In this document: positions 36,621 through 49,100 of the stretch, piece by piece
Position numbering within the stretch: position 1 is the stretch's first letter
Layout of the letters: every line of letters starts with the position of its first letter
DNA from: Catajapyx aquilonaris
Taxonomy: Eukaryota
Direction: 5' to 3'
Assembly (NCBI GenBank): GCA_000934665.2
Contig: JYFJ02002484.1
Span: forward strand, 1-56,034
DNA: 56,034 nucleotides
Notes under the pieces: generated by a model
What the model was told of the DNA's origin: nothing
Seen by the model: the letters and a program-made list of their open reading frames with translations, nothing else
Database searches by the model: none
Position numbers and translations under genes: made by a program

Positions 36621-39051
36621 CTGCAGAAGAAAGGATATTTTTTTATACAAAATGTCGGGCAGTTTCGAAACATTATAACAAGGCGACAGCTTGTGGTGAA
36701 ACTGCCCTTATAGAGTTGTTATGGAGACGCTGTGTGGTGACTACCTGAGATAATTACATCATTTTGGCCAAGTTCGGTCAAGTTTTCTGCTTGTACCCAT
36801 AGAGTAAGAAACCAGCAAAGTGGGCCAGTTAGATCGCTGAAGTGCATTAATCCTGCAGAGGGTTTTTGCACCCTTTGGATACAAGGGTACGGTCTGTTGT
36901 CGTACAGTCTTTAATGGCAGCAATTAATCTCGGTGTGGTGAATGGCGAAAGAGCTTGACTCTGTAACTGGATGCCTCTGCTCTTGTATCAACAAGAAGAG
37001 GAGGAGCAGGAGTTGTGTGGGCAGGGGAAGAGAAAAGCCCGCGTCAGACGCACTGCAGGATTAATTAGGATGCAGTTGATAGATACTTGCAATGCTTGTG
37101 TTGGGCACCGCCTTGTTCTACCTTGCCTCCTGCTAATTGCCTCTCTCTTGTCCTACTTCCCTCCCAACTCTGGATGGTGTGCCAGGAGAAGACAGAATAT
37201 ATATCCCAAGCATCATAATATGCAGCTCGGTATGATATTGGAGGACGTCGCGACGTAAGGTGAAGCACTGCGACCCACATTTTTTGAGGCCCTCCTCTGA
37301 GGCCAAGTTTATTACCAGAGGCTTGGAAAGGAAGCAGGATGGAGAAATCGATGGTTTGGGTCCCGGATAACGTTTTCCCCATCATCTCAGTTGCTCGTAA
37401 AAAGTGGCAAGAAGCAGTAAGGACTTCGATTCAATCTCCTATCCCCTGTAGCTGGTGATTAAAAAACTGGGGAGGCTGGAAGGGACTTCTAATGTGACTG
37501 CTGCTGAAAATGGTATTTATTTAATTTGAGTGGAAATAGAGGGGATCTTATGGGGGTTACGTATAAGAATAGTGGGGGCGTTGGGTCGAACGAGGAGAAA
37601 AACAGAGGTAAATGGTGCTGTCTCTCATGCCTTGATCCAACATCAAAGTTTACGATGGCATCACGAAAGCTCAGTTTCTTCTTTCTGGTTTTATTGTCCT
37701 TCCCTGAGAGACGGGCAACCCCTTTAAGCATACGTTTGGGGGCCACTATTATTTGGAAGGTAGAAACTGAGTCGGCGATATTCAAGTGGGTCGCAACACT
37801 GTGTTGGCTGAATGAACACTTTGATGTAAACTACTGCACTGCACAACACAATGCATAAATAAAATATTGAAAACAATGAATTTTTAATGGTGGACATGAA
37901 TTCGGATTTTACGTATTTATTTGACGTTTGGTCACTGCTCGTGGATATCATATGCATGAATATAAATAATTAGCTTGACACCACATGAACGTATATTAGA
38001 CTTCTCGCAATGTTGAAATGTGGAAATATTTTGCAACAACCCGTTTACCATTGTGCTCATAAGAACAGTGACAGGCAGCATATTAATTTTATACGGTGTG
38101 TTACTATTTTCATGTCGAGTATAATGTGCATGAAGGACAAAATAATTATCTTTTTATTCGCCTGGCCATAATATTTATTGAATATTTCGGAGATATTTTT
38201 CATGGCAATAAATCGGTTGGAATAAGCACACACACTTCACAGGTATAAACAACTATGAATTCAGTGGGCCTGCAGGCCTGCATCATGTTTACATTGCATA
38301 TTTAATTATTTATTACAGGTCGCTTTATGAATATTGTACTGCAATATTTACAGACCTATATGCTTTTATGACCTGTAATTTTGAGATTATTACATTGCGA
38401 GTAATTATTTGTATTATTTAAAGCTTCTGACAGTGCATGCGGGAAATATACAGTGTACTCTACCGCATTCTTTCTTGGAATTATTTAATAAATAAGGATA
38501 GGTAATATTTCTGTGTTTCTTTTTTTGCTGTCAAACTATAGGTACATTACTGGATGTATACAGTGTATGAAAAAGTGCACAGCTTGCACGATAAAAAGAG
38601 CCCTGTATTTAGTAAGTCATCTTTCAAGCGGTACAAAATTATAGCGCAAATTGCTTGCGAACACGCTTAAAACTTCAGCTGCAGTTTTTTTTAAACAAGA
38701 CCACAGTATCAAAGCAATAAAAAATAACTCTCTGCTAAGAAAGCAAGTTAAGCAACCATCTTAGCCACACTCATCGCAAAACAAAAACCCATCTCCTTTT
38801 GTAATGATTCGACGAAAAGCCAGCGTAAATGCGGAATACTTGTGCCTAGAAGAGAAAAGCTAGCTAGAGAGAGAAAAAAAGAGAGAAGAGAGTGTGGTCT
38901 CGGTTAGTTTATCTGGCTGATCCTTGCGGCCTCCCCCCCCCCCCCCTCCCCCGATGAAGGCATGTTTAAAAGTGCTTACACAGCGGTCTGAGTAGGAGGC
39001 AAAGTGGTTTTGGGAATTGCAACTTTCCTGGACCTGTTTGAGTTTGTGCGT

Positions 39052-39088
<37 letters not shown>

Positions 39089-39957
39089 GAAAACTTTCCG
39101 GCGGAATCCATTTTCTTTATAGGGACCTTTATGTTAGTATAGTTGTAGCTGCTAGATGTGCCTACAAGCATGAATATTCTGAGAGTGCTAGATAGCTGCA
39201 AGGTTGGTACCCAACTCGTCTTGGGTGCAGTTCTTGCCCAGAAACATTGAGGACTTCACACTACTTGAATAATTCAGAGTAACCACTCACTGCTTCTAGT
39301 GGTGCTTGTATTTCAAAATGTTTACTCCTTGGGAAACTTCATTTTATAAAGTGTGCACGAGTATGTTAATGCCGCTGCACGGCGAGGGGGGGTTGTTCTG
39401 CAAGCTTAGAGTGCAAATGGCATGGAGTGAGAGGACCACGGGGCTGGGATGGGGGATCATGCTATGCTGGCTTTGTTGGAAGCTTCCATCTCCTCACGCT
39501 CTAAAGGCTTATCCTATACGTCTCCATTACCAGGCATTGCCACACATTATTATTAATTACGGGCGTGGTCTGCAGAGTCGAGCAGAAAATTGTTGTGCAG
39601 AGGGACTCTGTGCTGACCAAGTCTTCATTTTCAGAGAAGAGTGAAGAGGAAGAAGTTGTGGAGTGTTGACCACAGCAACGACGTCTGTATAAAACACTCA
39701 TGCACTAATTTTCTTCAATCCTGATTGTTGATAATGGAGTAAACAATCCATAACTTCTTCCCTTGACTTGGACACTGCAGCACCCTGTACGTATATATAG
39801 GGTGAAATATTACAGAGCAACTAAACTGTACAGGTCTGATTGGTCGTGAAAAAGTTGGGGGATGGCGAAATTGCAAGGGAGGCTGCAGTAACAGCGATTG
39901 ATTTGGAGGGAGAGAAAAAAGAGAGGAAGGTCTGTAGTTAACGTCAGCAGCACTCAC
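36621..39957 (-). other. GT-AG intron of 3,337 nt (phase 1)
   Basis: Donor GTGAGT at 39957-39952 and acceptor CTGCAG ending at 36621. Confidence 0.78.
39055..39085. repeat. (GA)15 microsatellite
   Basis: Direct reading. Confidence 0.95.
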
Positions 39958-40032
39958 CCATCAATTCGCCGGCTCCAAACTCGTCTTCCGCCGTTTCTTC
40001 GGCCGACGGCGAGGGCATGTCTGGATCATCCT
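39958..40032 (-). CDS. GRIP1: Internal coding exon (75 nt, phase 1-1); acidic N-terminal linker preceding PDZ1
   Basis: ccttttgtgctttcag|AG GAT GAT CCA ... TTG ATG G|gtgagt has canonical splice sites and an open frame xDDPDMPSPSAEETAEDEFGAGELM(G), phase-compatible with the 36620 exon. No recognisable homology; the call rests on splice signals, phase and position. Confidence 0.8.
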
Positions 40033-41683
40033 CTGAAAGCACAAAAGGCCACGAGTCATGTACTGCAACTCAACTGCTACATTTTCACTCAATATTAGCT
40101 CATATAACATAATTTGGTTAAGACAGTGTATGAACACAGCGCCTTTTGAGATACTGCATGATGTGGTAGTTACAGCTGTTATTTAAATAGTAGTAACATT
40201 AGCTCATACACTGCAATAAATATTTCAAGCGTGCCTACAGTACTTCATCCATATTCACAAAAAGAGTTCTACATCTCGATTGAACTCAAATGTTTCAGCG
40301 CCCCGATGAAAGCCATCCTTATTGACTCGAGCAATTCCCTCATCCAAAAAAGCGTGGAGGGGAAAGTCGCCATTAAATCCGAGCGACATGAAAGCGTCTC
40401 CTTTGTCGCAAACAGGTCATTATAGGCATAGGTTTGTCACAAAGCTCCCCTTCTGAAATATACAACAAAGTCGTTCGCGGTAGCTGGGGGAAAAAAACAA
40501 GCTTTAAAAAACAAACGCATGGAGAATTTAAGCACTGTTAGCTCGGTTAAAAAGAGAGAAGAATCGTTTACAGTTGGGAGGCAACCCTCGAGACCAATTA
40601 GACAGCCATTTGTGACGACGTAACGAGGTTAAGAGCTCTCAAAGCGGTTATTACTCCTCAATGACGAGATAAGATTGGATGGCTGGTAGGCCACATCGAT
40701 GACATATCTGCTAAGGCAGCCGGAGGAAAAATATACCAAGACTCTGCAGGTTTGACAGTGATGCAACGGAGATCTCTAGAGATATATAGTTCGGAGCGCA
40801 TACTTTTACTGGAACTCTCATAAGTCACACAAGGGGTTTATTCTTGTAAATAAATAAATAAGGCCAAGGGACCAACATGATATCGTGTGAACTGTACTGA
40901 GTGTGCGATGCTGCAGTTTTCATACAGATGAATCCACAACATTGAGGCTGCAAAGATAGGACTTAGGCTCTCGAATTAGGGCGCGCTGTCCATGGGAATA
41001 GAACCAGTTGACGGAACTAATTTCGAGGGCGCTAGACCTAGTGTATACTACAGGCCTTGTTGGAAAATTCGGATCCGCGTGAAAGGAAACGGCTGGAAGG
41101 GGAGAAATAAATGAGAGCTAGGGCCATAATAACACCGTGATGAATGATGCCCACACTACTAATTGGAACGGAGGGGAAAGATGGAGATGTCATAGGTCGC
41201 CTCACTGCCAACTGTTGCCTTACACGGAACACGTGTGACATCTTGTTCCGAGACGAAGGAACAATATCTCAACGGAGGTCATCACTTGAACCTGAACTTG
41301 ATGGAGCAGTTTCTTCAAACACTGTTGCCGAAATTTTGGTTGTGAGGCCCTACTCGTAATGATGGCTATTCATGATTTTAGTTTGATAAAAGTAGGCTAT
41401 AGTTGAAGCGATGGTGCAATAGGCCCTTAATAACAAAAGTTATTTAAAAATCCGGCAAAATTCCAGGCTTCGCAGGACACTCTTTATTCACCAAAAAAAA
41501 CTGCGTCCCCTTCTGTCCCATCCCACAATCCTCATATCCCATATATTATTGCAGTCCCCTGACTCTCGGACATTACTTAACCATCGGGGGGCTGGCCTTA
41601 TTTTCTCTGCTCGACTCTGAGACAACTGATATAGAGCACTCCGGCAGAAGTTTCAAAACAGTTATGCCCAGCAGAGAGAAAAA

Positions 41684-41712
41684 AAGAAGAAGAAGAGGAA
41701 GAAGAAGAAGAA
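41684..41712. repeat. Imperfect (GAA)n microsatellite
   Basis: aagaagaagaagaggaagaagaagaagaa. Confidence 0.85.
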
Positions 41713-44030
41713 AAGCTAGAGAAAAGAAAGCAATCTGGCATTGAGCCTGAGTGTATATAGGGTAAGGCAGCAGGCGTAGACGAGAAAAAGCGGTGGAAAT
41801 GCCAGCCTGTTAGCGGAGTGTGACGCAGGCATAAATCAGCGACGGTGGATGGGGAACTTTTGCGAGGTTGTGTCCGATCTGGATGTTACGGGGAGGGGGG
41901 GTTTCTCAGGGAGGATGGAGGGCATCGACGACATGAGGGGTGAGGTTCTACATTTAGACCAACATTCGTCAGAATCCTTCCGCCTACTCCTTCAACAAGA
42001 TTACGCAACATCTTTGTGAGAGTAATATTGCGAAAAATGTTCGGCAACAACTATCTTCAATCTAATTTACAGTGAGTGAGATGAAGCCGGAGTTTAAATA
42101 TTTGGTCGTTCAGACATCAAATGGAGACACTTTTTCATTCCGCTCTGACCGTATAAATATTGAATAATATTGTGACCTGCCCCTAGGCACCTTTTCTGGC
42201 TGCCCATTGCGGCAGTGAATGAATCCAATTACGGGGATCACACTAGATTATCCCCATAAGTGGATTTCCTGCCTGGAGTATTTCATTCCGGAGAACAGGA
42301 AAGTAAATTGGCGCATTTTATGCACACGGTATATAATAAAAGAAGTGGTTTTTTTCCCTGAATGACCTGCGTATTCGTGACCATACCCATTCAGAGGCAG
42401 GGTTACTGTACTTTTGTCACTTGTTAGTAATCACTCCCGCTCATTTTTTAAGGTTTATGAGCCCTAAACCCAAGTTTATACTTGGCATGTGCTGTAGTTG
42501 GAATAGTGGCCGAGAAAAGACGCATAGAAGAAATTGCTCTTATTCGCTCAGCTGGTTCTCTCAGACTATATACCACCACCATCTTTCTTGGTCCACTTTG
42601 TGCAGTATATTGCTTTTTTTTCTCTCTTTCCTTCTCCTCCTTACTTCCTTCTATCTCGTAGCCTTCTTTTGCAGAGAAGCAATGTTGTGCTCTGGCGAGT
42701 GAGAGCAAGAAGACCCTCGCTTTCATTGGATTGGCCCACACTATTCCGGGCATCAAAGCGGCGATTTCTAAACGCATAACGAAAAGAACAAGCTAATAAA
42801 TCAAGGATAGGCTATAGGACCGTGGACTGAGGGGGGCCCAGAAAATTCATCGACGCATTTTAGCTGGCAGAGAGAGAGCTAGAGAGGATTTATACACAGT
42901 GGGAGTTACAGGGGATATCATTTTAAACCATTGGCACATCAATAATGTCGGAATCTAATGGGGCGAGGACGCTAGGGGACGCTAACGTAACACGAAGTCA
43001 GGAGGACGGGTCCATTTGTTCTGTTTTGGCGTTTTGGGAAATGGAGCGAGAATTGCTAGTTAGTAGGACCTGACTATTTGGGAAGCGAGAGTGTTAAATA
43101 ACATTACTGGGAAGGTATGGTGTGCTCATGAGGCCAGAACTGGAGGGGTATAAATAGTGTGGTTAGGGGTCGGTTGAACTAGGTCGGATTCATTAAAAAG
43201 TCAGATTCTTGATGTGTCCGATGTAAAGTGAGTTGGAATTGAGGCGTCTGTTTTACATAAAGATTATTTAGACTGTAATAACACTTTTGAAACAGTTACT
43301 ATTAGAGATTTTTCACAAATGTGAGCTGTTATGGTTACGTGGACTTATCCTTTTAAAAATCTGCCAAATTCGATGCCTATTGCTCCAATACAGGTCATTC
43401 CCCGCAGGAAATATTTTGCAATTCAGATCTTTACGGAATGATTAACTTCGGCCTAACATTAGCAGCTTTTTTTGATAACTTCTAAGAAGTGAATGTTTTA
43501 AAGTGGCTACTAAAAATAAGCATCTTTATTTGGCGAAAACAAGCGGCAATTATAAAACGTTCGCCTCAGTTGTAACGCGCTGTATAAATCCTCTTGTTAC
43601 TTATCATTTCACAATAATGGCCATGAGGATGCTCTGCCGCAATAGTTCTTAGACGCGTTTAATAATTAACACGATGCAAATCATCCATGAACTAAAGCTT
43701 ATGTCACAGTGTTTGAAGTGTGCAATAGATTAATTAATGCAAAAGGGCAAGAAGGTAAGACGCACTAATGAAAAGTAAGTAACAAGCTCTTTGTGTTTGC
43801 ACGAGCATGACGGAATGAAAAGTAACCTAAAGTTCCTAGCGGCATAAGCGCAAGAACCTAAAGAATCTTACACTAAATTAACAATTACTTCATATCCTGA
43901 TGATGCACAGACTCAAGTCATGCTGCCGCTTGATTTGTTAAATTATAGAAGCGTTGCTTAAGGCGTGTAGAATATGCATCAACAACTGTGAGCCCCCAGT
44001 GGTCTATTAATTTTGCAGATAGTAACAAGA

Positions 44031-44132
44031 GGGCGGGATAAGACGCTGCAGTGGCGCATGCACATCGGGATCTACCAGTGGGAATGCGCATGCGCGACTG
44101 GAATGACTAATCCATCACTAACTCCACCCAAT
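44031..44132. promoter_or_regulatory. Promoter-like motif cluster (GC box, two NRF1/Erect-wing-like sites, CCAAT)
   Basis: GGGCGGG 44031-44037; GCGCATGCAC 44054-44063; TGCGCATGCGC 44085-44095; CCAAT 44128-44132. Motif matches only. Confidence 0.35.
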
Positions 44133-46070
44133 TGTGGGACCATGTATCGCAAAACTTGTATTATTTAAAGCAGTCCCTACAGACACTTTCCGACACACCT
44201 TGTGATATAGCTGCATGTCATTATTTTCAAAACGACGTTTTTGTGTGATGGCAAAGTTTCCCCTGGGATTTTATGCCGGGAGGACTATTGGGGGGAGCAG
44301 AGACCACCATTCGCATTCATCACTTGTCCCCCCCCCCCCTCCCCATAGGAGGCGGCAGTCGGCATGCATCAAGCACATGCCCAAAATTTCATGGGTAATT
44401 CTATCATGATTTCATTTTACACCTAAAAAAAATTTCGTCGCACATGGATGGAGCCATGAAAGCAGGTTTAGTAACTCACAAGGACCGGTCCCCCACCACC
44501 GAATTGACTTTTTTTGAAAATTCACATCCGATATTATTAGCCTTCATAAGAGTGGAAACGGGCATAAATTGAATAATAAAAAATGTCCTACTGCACCACC
44601 ACCATTGGAGCCTTGAATGATTAATTTACAGCCAATTTGTGCGATTTAGATCTCATTTGAATAAATTAGCCAAAAATACGGAACAGATAGATTGCAATAC
44701 ATTTAATAAACTTTTAACCTTTGGAATGTCAAACTTCACAGGTTTTATTGAACATGTTTGCACATAATTTTAGACATTAAAATTTCATTATGGATATAGC
44801 CAGATCCAGTGGCGAAATGTGGTAGAAATGAGCAAAAGTCGATGAAATCCAGCCGGTTATAAGGGTCAAGCTGGTCATGGTCCCATTAAAGAAGGTGCAG
44901 AGAAAGGAGGGGGCTCATCTTTACCAAAAGGTCGCATGCTATGATTACATGGCATTAATTGGGATCCGTCTCCCTGAATGGCCGGGTCCAAGTTTCTGGC
45001 TGCTCAGCCGCCGGATCCGCCACGGAATTGCCGCCAATTGAGGCAAAACCCGCCGCAGAATGCTCTGGAAAATGGCCTAATTACGGCACCCGGAATTGCC
45101 GGCCAGGTAATGGTCTTAATTGGAAAGATGTTTGAGCGGATGAGGTGGAGTTAATTCGTTTGCTTCCCGAAATGTTTCAGGGGTGGATGGAAAGTCTGGG
45201 ATTAAAATATTCCCAGTTCTACATCACCCCAAGCTCGAATCACTTCCCACAGCTCGTAATAAAGCAGAGAGGGAAAGAGTTTGGATTAGTTTGTAGTCTA
45301 AAACTCAGGGTCACTTTTACTGAAGCGGCCCACTTACATAACTTCATAGATCAGCGCATATTAATAGTCTCAATCAAAGCTATACCTGACTTCCTAAAGT
45401 GCAACATCATCTAAAGTAATTTCAAAGATCGCTGCTGGGAGGTTTAATAAATGACCGTACTTTTGATTAGTCCTCAAAAACAGGTTTGTTGATACATGTT
45501 TTTCTTGCTGACTAAGGGAAACACTGAAAACACGATCTAATTACTTCTGCAACTGAGCAACTCAATGCATCAGGAAGAGGATCTAAAAAGCCAATACTGC
45601 TGGTTTTGAAATACAAACATGTTTCATGCAACATCATATTCAGTTTCAAAACCTTGCTAGACTTGCACTATTGGCTTTTATAGGATCCTACAAAAGTGAA
45701 TTTATAGGTTGTCAGTGTATTTTGCGGATTTTTTTTTGCGTTTGCTCCGGGCAAAATGGAATGGTGGGAATATTTGCTTGATTACCTGCCTGTTATTGCT
45801 AAATTGAATGCAAAGCCTGTATTTACAGTAGGTGTATACGGTTACAGTATGTCATGGGAAACATGTGGGTGTGACAGTGTACTAAAAATGTTGACGTTTC
45901 ACAAAATTATATTATAAAATGTTTAGAACAGTTTCTCAGGAAAGTGTCAATGTTGGCAAAATGTGAAATGTGTAATATACATTATTTACACATTGTAACT
46001 GTTTAATAAACAAACAGTGGCGCATTGCGTAAATATACATTCAATCGTACCAAGTATAGTACATTCAATC

Positions 46071-46071
<1 letters not shown>

Positions 46072-46098
<27 letters not shown>
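46072..46098. repeat. (TTA)9 microsatellite preceded by a 13-bp direct repeat
   Basis: TTA run read directly; tacattcaatcgt occurs at 46036-46048 and 46060-46072. Confidence 0.9.
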
Positions 46099-46102
<4 letters not shown>

Positions 46103-49100
46103 TACCACTAATTTAATCAAACTGTTGCAATAAATTGCACGTCATCACCCAACAATGCACCAAATTTTGACATTACTAAAGGCTCGTTGCCGTTCAAGTG
46201 AAACAATTACCATAAAAGCACTAATGCCACTGACATATTGATACACCACACGAGTGATATTACGTGCCTTTCAGGTGGAATTTCATTAATTTGGCCAACA
46301 ATTAAACGAATACAAAACGCCAATGATTGTTCCACATTTCAACCCGAATGTATAATAATTAGTTTTATTCCTCTTGCTGTCCTGCTGTGTTGACACATGC
46401 AATGATGGCCACATTCGCAGCTAAAAGTGACGTAACTATATATAAAATCGTGTCGTAAATCGCCAACTACTAAGTACACATTTGGTACTAAGTCAGATGA
46501 CCATGATTACACCACGTATAAAAGTGTGCGCGGTGCAAACCCAGCATTGAAATGTTCACAAGCGCAGCATGATTGCAGCCATGGTCTGTCAACTTATAAA
46601 TCCCCATCTTCGTCCTAATCTCATTACCAGGCCAGTCTATTACAGATGGAATGTACACACACCACCATGCCAGCAACCGAGGGAAGAGATGAGTTGGCAG
46701 TGTTACCCTGCAGCGTGTGTACCGGTCGGGATTGTCGCCGGCCATTTGTGGCATGGCGGGAATCTGTGCAAATTACAAGAGAGAAAGTCCCATTCATCAA
46801 GTCGAGTAGCCACCAAAACTCGCGGAGAGAACGTTCCTTGCTGCTAAGGCGTAACGCGTTCCCTTTTCTTCTTTTTTTTCGGTCAGCGTTACGTTTTACG
46901 AACAGTCGCCAAACTTGCTGATTATTCGCATTACGTGCCTGGAGATATATTATTCTTAGCTGCTAAAAGGGACCACCAGGACTTGTTAGAAAATTTGAAT
47001 AAAGTTTGCTTTTTGCAGCCGCACGAAAAGTAAACCTTAATTAAGTGCACGTTTACTTATTGGAGCATCAAGTTTCCCTCAAGAGATACTGCACTAAACA
47101 CAATTTTTTTCTTCTTTTCATGCCAACTTCTGAATATGGAGGCTTTTAAAATCCGGCCTGTTAAACTATTGCTTATGAGCATAATGAAGTTTCTCATTAA
47201 GGGGCATCTCCTAAAATAACTTTTTAGAACCTGTTGTTGAACTGAGAGCCTTCTCCTTTCAAATAAGTTGAGGCTGTGTTACCGCAATTACCAAGGAAGA
47301 TATTTTGGTTCCATGCACAATACCAGCTTTTGATGAGAGGGTTCTCCGAAAGCCTGCCAAGAGTAACAATAAAAACAATGGAGCCCTTTCTCTCCCGAGT
47401 TAAGAATTTGTTTTCTGAAGGTAATTAATTTGCTTGCTAACATGTGAACAACTTTATTTTGAGGCCCACTAAAATGTGAGGTAGCTGCCATATTTATGCA
47501 ATATTTTTCTGTTAGTTTTTCAGGTTGACAACTTTAAAGTTGTAGTTGGCGGACTGCTATCATAAACGCCGCTGTTTACATCAGTTTACATAAATGCAAT
47601 TGCATCATTGCAAATAGAAGGGCAAATAGAAGGGTGATTGCACGTTTATTTTTATTTGCCCGTGCTCATGAGGGTGTGTATACTAAACAGCGACAGTAAA
47701 TTTGCTCTACTAGCAGTTATTTGTCCCGAAAAAACAATATTTAAAAAGTGGTATTAAAACCTAAGCTCGCATCAAACAGTTCTGGCGTTCACATTCCAGC
47801 AAAAAAATAATAATACTCTTACTATTTTTAGGATAAAATTATGTATTTCTGGCATATATTAATACGGGCTTCCAACACACCTGCGAAACTCATTACAGAT
47901 TCATAGTTGTAGTGACAAACACAGTGCGACAGATACACAATATCGATCTCATCATAGCCACTCTGGCGCAGCAGATCAATTATATGACTCAAGAGCTGAA
48001 TAATTATCAAAGTGCGGTTGCGCTGCTGTTTATTACCGCGTACTTTCGACATCATGTTCTTTGAATTCGTAATGTACCAGGTTCCTCTCATTATAAACAC
48101 TTTGTGCAACATGTCATGTTCAATGTTGGAAAATTTTGCACTATAGTAACAGTCTGCCCTTGTTTCCGATCCGTCCAATGAGCATCCCAGAGATCATCTT
48201 CCAAGCACCGATCGTAAAACGCTACTCAACTTCTCCAAGTCGGCAAGATGTAAAGTTGTACAAATGGACACAAGTTTAGTTTTTTGTATCCAAAGTACAG
48301 TATTTGAGCTGGGGAGCCCTACGTCCGTCCTCATCCGACGGGTAAAAAAAAGAAAAGAAACAAGGCAGCGAATGTCTTCATCCGACATCAAGTGTTAGGG
48401 TTGCGTGCAGAGTTGGCTCTCTAGGAATGAGTAGCACCACGGGGAGTCACTAAGTGGAAGGCAAGAGGAGCATTTTTTTCCACTTTTAAGAGCCCCCGAC
48501 TGTTGAGATTGCCTCGAGACCTCCCCCAACCAGCAGCCAGCAGGCCCAAGAAAGAAAATGTTCCGACGGACTTCTTCCGCAAGAAGAAGAAAAAAAAGGC
48601 AAGAATAACATTGGACGCCTGAAACAGTCCAAACTTGCAGCACCTAACCGGGATTAAAATCCGCTGCTATGTACCTCCAGGGACTATTATTGAAGTTGCT
48701 GCACCTTGTACGGACCATTCACACTTGTTTGTAGTCTCAATTTTTTTCCAATTTTTTTTAAAATATTTTTATACTATCCAAGATGGTAGAATTCTCATGG
48801 AAAAATCCACTACCAATGGTTCCTTTTTTTAAAGCCTTTTTTGGGGGGGAAGAAAGAGGGCCGTCTCCTCCTATATGCAGCAGCTAGCAGGCGCTTTCAA
48901 CTTCCTTGGTTGTCGTCGGACCTCGCACTGGCGCATTGATTTCCGCTCAACACCGATCGATCACTTGTTTAGCAGCGTGGAAAAGGCGCGCCTGTACGGA
49001 AATCGTCGCTGAGATCTGGCGGGCCAATTCGTCGCTCCCTGCCTGCTGCCGCCAGCGGGCCGCCCCGGAGACGAATTATTGCCATACGCCTTACTGCAGC

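Noticed and set aside
42645..42777. Minus ORF containing MPG... with a phase-1 GTAAGG donor, reminiscent of a GRIP1b-like start
   Set aside because: Similarity is limited to three residues and the exon-side donor context is weak.
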